From the IMG/VR virus record IMGVR_UViG_3300048915_000091: 44,849 nucleotides of DNA; one strand, 5' to 3'. This DNA comes from a virus. Shown piece after piece: positions 1 to 6,792 of this stretch. How positions within the stretch are numbered: position 1 is the stretch's first letter; the number at the start of each line of letters is the position of its first letter. The position numbers and the translations under genes are program-made. A model generated the notes under the pieces. It was not told the DNA's origin. It did not search any database and was given only the letters and a program-made list of their open reading frames with translations.

Positions 1-127
1 CTCGCCTACTTCGAAGGATACGCCTTCGCTCACATCGCCGCTTTCGAAGAACGCGAACGCCTCGCGCGCAAGAAAGCCATTGCGATCGCACATCGCGACC
101 GCCGCAGCCATCGCCGCTAAGGGGAAG
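1..127. repeat. Terminal direct repeat, left copy (identical to 44723-44849)
   Basis: Compared by eye base for base: ctcgcctacttcgaagg...catcgccgctaaggggaag occurs at both window ends. Nt 1-120 are the 3-prime part of the small ORF that starts at 44708. Confidence 0.95.
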
Positions 128-131
128 TGAA

Positions 132-434
132 ATGGCAAAGCTAACCAAGAGCCGCGCACGCAAGCCGCTTTGCGAAGGTGAAGTTTCGTTTTCGAACAGC
201 GGAACCCAGGGCGGGCGCGAATACGGGCTTTCGATGGCAACGCGCAACGATGAAGGCGATATTCTCGCATACTTCAACGTCAAGCTTTCGTCTGCCGAAG
301 CCCTTCGCTTCGCTGGATTGATCGCAGGCGGCGAAACGCACGATCCGTTTGAAAGCGGTTATTTCGTCGTCGACAACCGCAAGCCCTGGGAAAAGCTTAG
401 GGCGCTTGCTGACAAGCTGGAAAGGGAAGCGTAA
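132..434 (+). CDS. Hypothetical protein (100 aa)
   Basis: Track ORF. The ATG follows the strong SD-like AAGGGGAAGTGAA. TAATG junction with the next ORF. No family recognised. Confidence 0.65.
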   Translation: MAKLTKSRARKPLCEGEVSFSNSGTQGGREYGLSMATRNDEGDILAYFNVKLSSAEALRFAGLIAGGETHDPFESGYFVVDNRKPWEKLRALADKLEREA

Positions 435-601
435 TGGACGACGCAATTAAGGACTTGTTAGCCCAAGCCGAACGCCTGTTAAGGCGAGCCGATAACGCGG
501 TTGAAAACGCCGCAACGCCAGCCGTACGACAGCGACGCCGCAAGCAACGCAACGCGATCAACGCGGCGTGTAACGCATTATTTCGCGCGACAAAGGCTTG
601 A
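434..601 (+). CDS. Hypothetical small basic protein (55 aa)
   Basis: Read by eye because it is below the track cutoff: MDDAIKDLLAQAERLLRRADNAVENAATPAVRQRRRKQRNAINAACNALFRATKA. The start overlaps the previous stop (TAATG). Confidence 0.35.
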   Translation: MDDAIKDLLAQAERLLRRADNAVENAATPAVRQRRRKQRNAINAACNALFRATKA

Positions 602-626
602 CGACCGATCGAATACGTCGTATTCG
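598..626 (+). promoter_or_regulatory. Sigma70-like promoter TTGACG-N17-TATTCG
   Basis: TTGACG at 598-603, a 17-nt spacer ending CGTCG, and TATTCG at 621-626. Nearly identical to the elements at 4686 and 6084. Confidence 0.55.
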
Positions 627-632
627 TCGTAC

Positions 633-809
633 ATGAACCGCGCCGCTTTCATCGCTGAAACCGTCCTAAGCCTGGGGCTGAACATCGCTTTGCGGCGTTT
701 GGGCGGAAACCCCTGGATGATATGGGGATTACTCGCGTTGAATGAGTTGCGCGGCGCGGCAGTCGTCTATAGGTTCGGCGGCATCGCATGGCGAGCCGTT
801 CACGGCTGA
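633..809 (+). CDS. Small membrane protein (58 aa), possibly on a leaderless mRNA
   Basis: Internal ATG of track ORF 501..809. MNRAAFIAETVLSLGLNIALRRLGGNPWMIWGLLALNEL... has two hydrophobic segments. The ATG lies 7 nt after the -10 hexamer. Confidence 0.45.
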   Translation: MNRAAFIAETVLSLGLNIALRRLGGNPWMIWGLLALNELRGAAVVYRFGGIAWRAVHG

Positions 810-827
810 AGCGAAGGACCGGGCATA

Positions 828-998
828 ATGAACGAACGACGCATTCAACTTGACTGTTGCGACGACGGGCGGCTTTGCGTCTTTGTCGAAGAATTCAAGG
901 GCGGTAAATGGGAGCGCGTCGACAGTCTTCGCGGCGACATGGCGTTCTTAAACCGGCTTCTTTCAACCTATCGGATCGGCCCGCGTCGTGCGGTATAA
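828..998 (+). CDS. Hypothetical small protein (56 aa)
   Basis: Read by eye: MNERRIQLDCCDDGRLCVFVEEFKGGKWERVDSLRGDMAFLNRLLSTYRIGPRRAV. Weak AAGGA-like SD upstream. Confidence 0.3.
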   Translation: MNERRIQLDCCDDGRLCVFVEEFKGGKWERVDSLRGDMAFLNRLLSTYRIGPRRAV

Positions 999-1118
999 CC
1001 CGCGCAACCGCAACGAACTTCGTCGCGAACTGCCGAAGTCGTCGGGCGCTTGGTTCGATCGTCGCATACAAGAGCGAACGAAGCCGATCGGCTTCGAACC
1101 TGAACGTTGGGGGCAGAA

Positions 1119-1607
1119 ATGACGATCGCATATATCGACGACGCAAAGGACGACGAACCCGGCTTCGTGGCGGCTCGCTTGATCGCCCGGCTATGGCTGC
1201 CCGAACCGCGTTACACCCTGGGGACGCCTTCGGGCGGCGTAACGACCGTCGGCGAGCATGAACGCTTGTTCGATGTTGCGGAAGACTTCGGCGACGGTTA
1301 TTGCCATGAATGCGACGTACTCTTGGCAGATTGCCATTGCTTCGACGGCTTCGACTTTGGCGATTACGATCAAGACGCGCCGCAGCATGGTTATCATCGC
1401 GGTTCGGATGGAAATGTTATCGCCTTGTTCGGCAGTTTTCGCGATTGGCACGACAAGGGCGACGGGAATACGTCTCATTACCGCATTCTTTCCGACGCTT
1501 ACGACGCACGTTTGAAAGCGCATAGGGCCGAAGCCAAGTTCGCGTTGTATTCGTTCCTTATCGCCGTGTTCGGTTCGATCGCGCTTGTCGTCTTGACGGC
1601 GCATTGA
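1119..1607 (+). CDS. Hypothetical protein with C-terminal transmembrane anchor
   Basis: Track ORF 1107..1607. I prefer the ATG at 1119 after GGGGG. The C-terminus FALYSFLIAVFGSIALVVLTAH is hydrophobic. Confidence 0.55.
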   Translation: MTIAYIDDAKDDEPGFVAARLIARLWLPEPRYTLGTPSGGVTTVGEHERLFDVAEDFGDGYCHECDVLLADCHCFDGFDFGDYDQDAPQHGYHRGSDGNVIALFGSFRDWHDKGDGNTSHYRILSDAYDARLKAHRAEAKFALYSFLIAVFGSIALVVLTAH

Positions 1608-1640
1608 TCTTCGGCCATAGGGCGACGACAACGAAGGGGA

Positions 1641-2003
1641 ATGCGAATGCCACGGAAGAAGACAGGCGACGCCGCGTCGAAGATCGCCGCCCGCGTGCTG
1701 GCAACCGACAAGCCGGTTCACGCTCACACCAGCGCCCTGACAATCGCGATCCAGCAATGTGGGCTCCCTCTCTCGCCGCGTGCGATCGACAGCTTCGTTG
1801 ACGCCGTGGCGGACGCCCTGGCACCAATGGTCGACGACCTGAAGACGCTTGCCGCGTCGGTGTTGGCGCAGGACGAAACCTCCATTCGTAACGCCGTGCA
1901 TGATGAAATGGCTTCGAAGCTTGAAGCGCATTTGACGCCGCGTTGTACGTGCGGCGAAAGCAAAGGCTTTTGCCCCGTACATGAAGGCGGATCAATCAAC
2001 TAA
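1641..2003 (+). CDS. Hypothetical protein (120 aa)
   Basis: Track ORF. AAGGGGA SD immediately upstream. Confidence 0.55.
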   Translation: MRMPRKKTGDAASKIAARVLATDKPVHAHTSALTIAIQQCGLPLSPRAIDSFVDAVADALAPMVDDLKTLAASVLAQDETSIRNAVHDEMASKLEAHLTPRCTCGESKGFCPVHEGGSIN

Positions 2004-2008
2004 CGCGC

Positions 2009-2026
2009 AAAGGAACCGGGCAAATG
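2009..2026 (+). promoter_or_regulatory. Start-associated sequence AAAGGAACCGGGCAAATG
   Basis: One of five near-identical SD-plus-spacer-plus-ATG blocks. The others are at 3387, 4731, 5571 and 7646. Confidence 0.6.
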
Positions 2027-2353
2027 AAAAAGGCACTATTTTACGCCCTTCGTCGGGCTTTGTATTCGCCGGTAATCGCAGTCACGACGTACAAACCGTC
2101 GGGCCGCTGGCACGGTCGACGCTGCGATTACAACGAAGTAACGCACGGCATATCGTCGGACCTATGCGGACTTTTTGCGACGCAAGAGCAAGCCGAAGCT
2201 TGCCGCGCGCATGTTCGCGAACTTGAAGCCGAATACGATAAAAAGATAAAGGTTCATCGCGACGCAATATCAATCTTGAACCGCGATCAACGTCGCGATA
2301 TCGAAGCGTATATTAAGCACGCGACCGAAGAAGCGGCAAAGGTGCCCGCGTGA
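2024..2353 (+). CDS. Hypothetical protein (109 aa)
   Basis: Track ORF preceded by the conserved start-associated sequence. GTGA junction to the next ORF. Confidence 0.65.
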   Translation: MKKALFYALRRALYSPVIAVTTYKPSGRWHGRRCDYNEVTHGISSDLCGLFATQEQAEACRAHVRELEAEYDKKIKVHRDAISILNRDQRRDIEAYIKHATEEAAKVPA

Positions 2354-2661
2354 ACTTCGCCGAAGCCCGATCCGAAGCCGTACAAGGCGCCTGGATACGC
2401 CACGACGGCATGGCCGAAGGTTCGTACATTTCGTACAACTTCGCCGGGCTGCGCATCAACTTTCCGCATTCGTCGTCCGGCTGGACGCCAACCGACGCCG
2501 ACCTTGCGGCAGATTGGACGATTTGCGGTCCGATGGAAGCGCCGAAGCCTAGGCCCGATCCTTGGCGGAATAAGAAGGGTTATTGCAACAATTGCGGCCA
2601 TTTGCTTTGCGAATGCGATCCGCCGAAACCGCAACGCGACAAATGGGGGCGCGCATTGTGA
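2350..2661 (+). CDS. Hypothetical Cys-containing protein (103 aa)
   Basis: Track ORF. GTG start overlaps the upstream stop (GTGA). C-terminal CNNCGHLLCEC. Confidence 0.5.
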   Translation: MNFAEARSEAVQGAWIRHDGMAEGSYISYNFAGLRINFPHSSSGWTPTDADLAADWTICGPMEAPKPRPDPWRNKKGYCNNCGHLLCECDPPKPQRDKWGRAL

Positions 2662-2831
2662 AACCTTGGCTTGCGAGTTGGATCATTCAACAGGGGCTTG
2701 CGATCGGCGGTATTGCCGCGATCCTTTTCGGCTATTCGACAGCGGGCTTGATTATGCTTGTTGCCGCTTTGGTATTGGATGGCGTTCGGCTTATGATCCT
2801 GGGGGCGCCGCGTCATGATGCTGCCGACTAA
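2658..2831 (+). CDS. Small membrane protein (57 aa)
   Basis: In-frame GTG within track ORF 2583..2831 that overlaps the previous stop (GTGA). VKPWLASWIIQQGLAIGGIAAILFGYSTAGLIMLVAALVL has two hydrophobic helices. Confidence 0.45.
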   Translation: MKPWLASWIIQQGLAIGGIAAILFGYSTAGLIMLVAALVLDGVRLMILGAPRHDAAD

Positions 2832-3024
2832 GGGCGAACTGGACAAGGTTGCGGCGTTGATCGGCGGCGAGGGTACGACCTTCGACGCGCTCCCGCCTGA
2901 AAACCGCGTTCAGGTTATGACGCTCGCGATTGCTGCGAAACACAACGACCTGTTGAACGATATCGATAGTTCGCTTTCGCATGTCGGCAGTTGGTTCGAA
3001 CAATCCAAGATATATTGGCCGTGA
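2815..3024 (+). CDS. Hypothetical protein (69 aa)
   Basis: Track ORF. Short overlap with the upstream ORF. Confidence 0.45.
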   Translation: MMLPTKGELDKVAALIGGEGTTFDALPPENRVQVMTLAIAAKHNDLLNDIDSSLSHVGSWFEQSKIYWP

Positions 3025-3245
3025 CAACGCTTCGCTATACGACGAACGGCAAACAGCTTTTGCTTGACGGTTTGCACCTTGCCGACGTGCGATCGGAACG
3101 CGAGGCGGGCTTGCTTGCGGTTATCCTGAACAGTCGCGAACGTGACCTTGCGCCGGGCCAACGCTTCCCGCATGATGCCCACGGGCAGCGGGGGCAATCG
3201 CCATGTACGAAGACGCCGGATGTACGGGAAAAACCCGATACGTAA
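3021..3245 (+). CDS. Hypothetical protein (74 aa), uncertain
   Basis: GTG at 3021 overlaps the previous stop (GTGA) inside track ORF 2991..3245. It overlaps the better-supported next gene by 43 nt. Confidence 0.3.
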   Translation: MTTLRYTTNGKQLLLDGLHLADVRSEREAGLLAVILNSRERDLAPGQRFPHDAHGQRGQSPCTKTPDVREKPDT

Positions 3246-3388
3246 GCCCAGGCGAAGCGTATAATCGCGTCGTACTCGCCCAACGCAAGCCGCATAAGAA
3301 GCACAAGCGAAATAATCGCGGGCACCTGAAAGTTTACCGTTGCGTTTTCTGTAAAATGTGGCACGTCGGATCGTCCTTTGAGCCATGA
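3203..3388 (+). CDS. Small zinc-ribbon-like protein (61 aa)
   Basis: GGGGG SD 8 nt upstream. The GCTGKTRY...YRCVFCKMWHVG pattern resembles a widespread small phage Cys/His protein (C..RY....C-x2-C-x-WH). Confidence 0.55.
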   Translation: MYEDAGCTGKTRYVSPGEAYNRVVLAQRKPHKKHKRNNRGHLKVYRCVFCKMWHVGSSFEP

Positions 3389-3404
3389 AGGAAACCGGGC
3401 AATG
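3387..3404 (+). promoter_or_regulatory. Start-associated sequence GAAGGAAACCGGGCAATG
   Basis: Member of the conserved SD-spacer-ATG family. Confidence 0.6.
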
Positions 3405-3671
3405 GTTAAGCACGACTTGAAGACGCAACCGCAGTTTTGGGAAGCATTGGTTAACGGTTCGCGACCGTTCGAAGTCCGCCGCAATGATCGGAAATTCTCG
3501 CCGGGCGACGTGCTGATATTGCGCGAATGGACGCCTGAATTCGGGTACACGGGCGAAGAAACTTGCCGCCAAGTGTCATACGTCCTTCGGCATGAAGACT
3601 TCCCCCAGGGCGTACCGATCGGCTTCGTCGTACTCGGCTTCGGCATTATGCAAAGGAGCGACGACGTATGA
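3402..3671 (+). CDS. DUF3850 / ASCH-like domain protein
   Basis: Internal ATG of track ORF 3378..3671, placed after the conserved start sequence. HDLKTQPQFWEALVNGSRPFEVRRNDRKFSPGDVLILREW matches the DUF3850 pattern (H.LK....F.....G.K.FE.R.NDR.F..GD.L.L.E). Confidence 0.7.
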   Translation: MVKHDLKTQPQFWEALVNGSRPFEVRRNDRKFSPGDVLILREWTPEFGYTGEETCRQVSYVLRHEDFPQGVPIGFVVLGFGIMQRSDDV

Positions 3672-3838
3672 CAACGCCGGAAATGCGGGCGCTTATCAAA
3701 GCCGCCGAAGAACTTCGCCAAGATTTGCTAATGCGAGGCGAACACGAAAAAGATGGAACGATTGTCGTGAACGCTTCGCATGGGCGATGGATGCGCTTTT
3801 GCGAGGCTTTGCGCGAAGCAAAGGTTAAGCACGGATGA
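3668..3838 (+). CDS. Hypothetical small protein (56 aa)
   Basis: Read by eye: MTTPEMRALIKAAEELRQDLLMRGEHEKDGTIVVNASHGRWMRFCEALREAKVKHG. ATGA overlaps at both ends. Confidence 0.45.
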   Translation: MTTPEMRALIKAAEELRQDLLMRGEHEKDGTIVVNASHGRWMRFCEALREAKVKHG

Positions 3839-4353
3839 CGCCCGACACACTCGCCAAAAGCGGAACCGAACATTCGCAGCAACGCGCGCTTTTCGCTTGG
3901 GCGAATATGGCACAACGCTTCGGCTTCGCTGCCGCTTGGGATGACTTGTCGTACACGGTTGCGAAACACGCTGAAACGACATACGGGCGACCGGGTTGGG
4001 CAATCCCTCGCGTTGTTATCTTGGCCCGTCTTCACGCAATCCCGAACGGGGGCTATCGCGACAAGATCACGGCTGGCAAGCTGAAGGCCGAAGGCGTCAA
4101 GCAAGGCGTGCCCGACGTGTTCCTTCCGCTGCCCTGCCCGTCGACGATCGGCGGTCACACTCGCTATTGTGGGCTGTACGTCGAAATGAAGCGGCCCAAG
4201 ACCGGAACGCAACGCAAAGGCACGACCAGCGCCGAACAGGATGATTGGATTGCTTACCTTCGGCAAGCCGGATACGCCGTTGGCGTCGTCTTCGATTGGC
4301 GCGAGGCAGCTAGAACAATCGAACAGTATATTCGCGAAGCGGGGGCCGCATGA
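3835..4353 (+). CDS. VRR-NUC domain nuclease (PD-(D/E)XK fold)
   Basis: Track ORF. SQQRALFAW..., IPNGGYRDKITAGKLKAEGVKQGVPDVFL, CGLYVEMKRP and SAEQDDWIAYLRQAGYAV follow the VRR-NUC motif order (PNGG, GvPD, E.K, Q..W). Confidence 0.8.
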   Translation: MTPDTLAKSGTEHSQQRALFAWANMAQRFGFAAAWDDLSYTVAKHAETTYGRPGWAIPRVVILARLHAIPNGGYRDKITAGKLKAEGVKQGVPDVFLPLPCPSTIGGHTRYCGLYVEMKRPKTGTQRKGTTSAEQDDWIAYLRQAGYAVGVVFDWREAARTIEQYIREAGAA

Positions 4354-4613
4354 ACCTTCAGAAATTCCCGCCGCAACAGCGCAGCGCACTGTTTTACGTA
4401 CGACAACATCAAACCGCCGAATACGGCGTAATTGTGCGAGCCGTAACCGCACGCGCTTTAATCGATCGCGGATACGCCGTCGAAGCTGAACGTCGCGGCT
4501 TTGCTCGCCGGGAAGGCGTATGCATTCGATTGACAGAAACCGGGCTTGACGTTTGCCGCATGGTCGAAGGCGAAATTGCCTTGCCCCAGGCTGCGAAGCG
4601 TGCCACAAGCTAG
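4350..4613 (+). CDS. Hypothetical protein (87 aa), possibly winged-helix
   Basis: Track ORF. ATGA overlap with the VRR-NUC gene. Followed by a terminator. Confidence 0.5.
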   Translation: MNLQKFPPQQRSALFYVRQHQTAEYGVIVRAVTARALIDRGYAVEAERRGFARREGVCIRLTETGLDVCRMVEGEIALPQAAKRATS

Positions 4614-4646
4614 GCGCCTTTCAGGCATCCTCTCCCAAACTTCTCG

Positions 4647-4681
4647 CCCCGCTTGGCTTCGGCCCGGCGGGGTTTCTTTTT
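4647..4681 (+). terminator. Rho-independent terminator
   Basis: CCCCGCTTGGCTTCGGCCCGGCGGGG stem-loop followed by TTTCTTTTT. Confidence 0.8.
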
Positions 4682-4685
4682 GCGC

Positions 4686-4714
4686 TTGACAGGGGTTCGG
4701 ATACGACGTATTCG
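4686..4714 (+). promoter_or_regulatory. Sigma70-like promoter TTGACA-N17-TATTCG
   Basis: TTGACA at 4686-4691, a 17-nt spacer ending GACG, and TATTCG at 4709-4714. Same architecture as the elements at 598 and 6084. Confidence 0.6.
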
Positions 4715-4730
4715 ACGAACAACATTAACG

Positions 4731-4748
4731 AAGGGAACCGGGCAAATG
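4731..4748 (+). promoter_or_regulatory. Start-associated sequence AAGGGAACCGGGCAAATG
   Basis: Member of the conserved SD-spacer-ATG family. Confidence 0.6.
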
Positions 4749-5027
4749 ACTGACGAAGAATGGGCGATGGTCCAAAAAACTCCCGAATACGCTGCCGCTA
4801 GGCAATCACATGCGGAACTTACTTTGAAGCTTAGCCGAAAACTTATTAATAAACATGTTCGCATTGAACAAGCAATGTGCGAAAGGCATGAGCGCGAACA
4901 TAAGATAAGGCGGCAAAAGCGCGACGAAGAACGCAAAAAGCTTGACGAATTGCTTTTCGAAAAGGAAAACGAATCGCTTCGCAAAGTTTACGCAAAATAC
5001 GGTCTGAAGGAAGGGCGCGAACAATGA
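4746..5027 (+). CDS. Hypothetical Lys/Glu-rich coiled-coil protein (93 aa)
   Basis: Internal ATG of track ORF 4653..5027, located after the terminator, promoter and start sequence. Confidence 0.6.
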   Translation: MTDEEWAMVQKTPEYAAARQSHAELTLKLSRKLINKHVRIEQAMCERHEREHKIRRQKRDEERKKLDELLFEKENESLRKVYAKYGLKEGREQ

Positions 5028-5275
5028 CGCTTCGCGAATTGATCCACGGGGCGCCGACGCCGCCGAACCCGCCGCAATACGTCGCATGGTATCGCGACGG
5101 CTGGCAAGGTTCGATCCAGTACCTTGCCGCCGAAGTTGAACCGGGCGAATGGGCAACGACTTCGAAGATCGCCCTCGCGCATCGCTTCGACACGCGCGAG
5201 GAAGCCGACGCGGCAACGCCCGACGGGATACTTCGACGCGGCGTCCTTCAGGTACGCGGCAGCCGCGACAGTTGA
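5024..5275 (+). CDS. Hypothetical protein (83 aa)
   Basis: Track ORF. ATGA overlap upstream. A hairpin (5283-5308) lies downstream. Confidence 0.5.
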   Translation: MTLRELIHGAPTPPNPPQYVAWYRDGWQGSIQYLAAEVEPGEWATTSKIALAHRFDTREEADAATPDGILRRGVLQVRGSRDS

Positions 5276-5327
5276 ACCAATGCGAAGGCGGGCTTAGGCT
5301 CGCCTTCGTCGCATAGGGGGACGGCGA

Positions 5328-5489
5328 ATGTACCGATCGAACAAGCGCAGCAAACCAGCCCAGGGCTTCCCGCATTACGCCCAATGTGGGCAGATTGCCG
5401 AAGGCGACGAATATGTTTGCCGGGGATGCTTCATGCGTTGGGATCGGGGCGAGGAACGTCCGCCGTGCCCTAAGTCAACGCCTCGTTAG
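5328..5489 (+). CDS. Small Cys-rich protein (53 aa)
   Basis: Read by eye after an AGGGGGA SD: MYRSNKRSKPAQGFPHYAQCGQIAEGDEYVCRGCFMRWDRGEERPPCPKSTPR. Confidence 0.4.
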   Translation: MYRSNKRSKPAQGFPHYAQCGQIAEGDEYVCRGCFMRWDRGEERPPCPKSTPR

Positions 5490-5570
5490 CGTTAAATCTG
5501 TGGAAAACTTGACAGGAACCAATTTGCTCGCCAAAGCTTCAAGTGACGACGGGGGATGATTCGCAACCCG

Positions 5571-5589
5571 AAAGGATACCGGGCAAATG
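5571..5589 (+). promoter_or_regulatory. Start-associated sequence AAAGGATACCGGGCAAATG
   Basis: Member of the conserved SD-spacer-ATG family. Confidence 0.55.
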
Positions 5590-6027
5590 GGAATGATGGA
5601 CAGCAGCGAAGCGTTTCTTCGGGCGTTTGAAAGCGCCGATTGCGAAACACTCGAAAGCCATATCCGCGAATGGTTCGCACGGCCCTATCGCACGCCTGAA
5701 AACTCAATTGACGTTGCCGCGTGTATGCATACCGCAATGATCGCGGCGTTCATCGATCGCGAAACGGAATGCCGGTCGCATTGGCGCGACGCCGAAGCCG
5801 AACGTTGGAGGCAAGCGCGGCAGAACTTTGACGCGGGAATGCGCGGCTTCCTTGAAGCCGTCGGCAAGTCGCCGAAGCCTGAACCGTACCACGGCGAGGC
5901 AAGCGAACAACCTGCGAACCGCAAGCCTGCGATCGGTTCCGGCTGGCGTATCCCCGAACCCGTGAAGCGCGGGCGCGGTCGACCGCGTAAGACGCCTTCG
6001 GCTTGGGGCAGCCAAGCGCGGGCATAA
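5587..6027 (+). CDS. Hypothetical protein with C-terminal AT-hook (KRGRGRPRK)
   Basis: Track ORF. GRGRPRK is the AT-hook core. Preceded by the start-associated sequence and followed by a terminator. Confidence 0.6.
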   Translation: MGMMDSSEAFLRAFESADCETLESHIREWFARPYRTPENSIDVAACMHTAMIAAFIDRETECRSHWRDAEAERWRQARQNFDAGMRGFLEAVGKSPKPEPYHGEASEQPANRKPAIGSGWRIPEPVKRGRGRPRKTPSAWGSQARA

Positions 6028-6050
6028 CGCGCAAGGGATCGTCAAACTTT

Positions 6051-6080
6051 GAAGGGCGCTTTCGGGCGTCCTTCTTTTTG
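6051..6080 (+). terminator. Rho-independent terminator
   Basis: GAAGGGCGCTTTCGGGCGTCCTTC hairpin followed by TTTTTG. Confidence 0.8.
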
Positions 6081-6083
6081 TGC

Positions 6084-6112
6084 TTGACGAACGTTCGTAA
6101 TCGTCGTATTCG
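6084..6112 (+). promoter_or_regulatory. Sigma70-like promoter TTGACG-N17-TATTCG
   Basis: TTGACG at 6084-6089, a 17-nt spacer ending CGTCG, and TATTCG at 6107-6112. Confidence 0.6.
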
Positions 6113-6143
6113 TTGAACATTGAAACGAAGGAAGGACGAAAAC

Positions 6144-6299
6144 ATGAAAAAGAGCATTTCCCTTGAACTCGGCGAACTCGCTTACATTGCCGACGTATTG
6201 GACGGTCGCCACTCTGCGAATTTTTGGGCGGACGCGAGCCGCGTTGCATTGGTCGACAAACTTCGCGCTGCGATCGCCGAACGCTTGAAGGGGAATTGA
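6144..6299 (+). CDS. Hypothetical small protein (51 aa)
   Basis: Read by eye after GAAGGAAGGACGAAAAC: MKKSISLELGELAYIADVLDGRHSANFWADASRVALVDKLRAAIAERLKGN. Confidence 0.45.
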   Translation: MKKSISLELGELAYIADVLDGRHSANFWADASRVALVDKLRAAIAERLKGN

Positions 6300-6300
6300 A

Positions 6301-6480
6301 ATGTCGACAATTTACCTTGTCGTCGAAAACGATTGGGAAAGCAACGTCGTGTTAGAAGCTTGGACAACAGAAGCGAAAGCCAACGAAAGCGCCGAAGCTT
6401 TAATGAAGGCTCGAAAATCTAAACCCGGCCCGCATTCTGTTTGGTCAATTGACGTTGAAGAAGTGGAGTTGAAACAATGA
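6301..6480 (+). CDS. Hypothetical small protein (59 aa)
   Basis: Read by eye: MSTIYLVVENDWESNVVLEAWTTEAKANESAEALMKARKSKPGPHSVWSIDVEEVELKQ. GGGGAA SD upstream. ATGA overlap with the next ORF. Confidence 0.5.
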   Translation: MSTIYLVVENDWESNVVLEAWTTEAKANESAEALMKARKSKPGPHSVWSIDVEEVELKQ

Positions 6481-6728
6481 GCGAAGAACGCCGTTGCGAT
6501 AAGTGCGATCGTCTTATTTACCAATGGGGCGCGCATGACGGATTTAACTGCGAAGCTTGGCCCGAAATGGGAATCGGGCAAACGTCGGTTGCATACAAGG
6601 GCTTCGAAGTCGTTCGGTTTAATGGGCGTTGGGCGTATTCGGTCCATGGTCGGGATGAATGGGTTTACGTCGCTTCGCCGGTCGACGCTTTTGCGGAAAT
6701 CGACAGCTTGCACGATCGCAAGGCTTGA
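6477..6728 (+). CDS. Hypothetical protein (83 aa)
   Basis: Track ORF. ATGA overlap upstream and a terminator downstream. Confidence 0.55.
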   Translation: MSEERRCDKCDRLIYQWGAHDGFNCEAWPEMGIGQTSVAYKGFEVVRFNGRWAYSVHGRDEWVYVASPVDAFAEIDSLHDRKA

Positions 6729-6738
6729 CTGCCCAAGG

Positions 6739-6769
6739 GGAGCGCGGCAAACGTCGCGTTCCTCTTTTT
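6739..6769 (+). terminator. Rho-independent terminator
   Basis: GGAGCGCG-GCAAACGT-CGCGTTCC hairpin followed by TCTTTTTG. Confidence 0.7.
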
Positions 6770-6792
6770 GCATAGGGCAGGGGCAAAACAGC

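Noticed and set aside
1-127. The terminal repeats as LTR/IS-type ends of a mobile element, or as inverted terminal repeats of a protein-primed linear genome. The second idea was suggested by the small phi29-sized B-family polymerase.
   Set aside because: The repeats are direct, not inverted, and cut through a small ORF. A prim-pol primase is encoded and no terminal-protein candidate precedes the polymerase.
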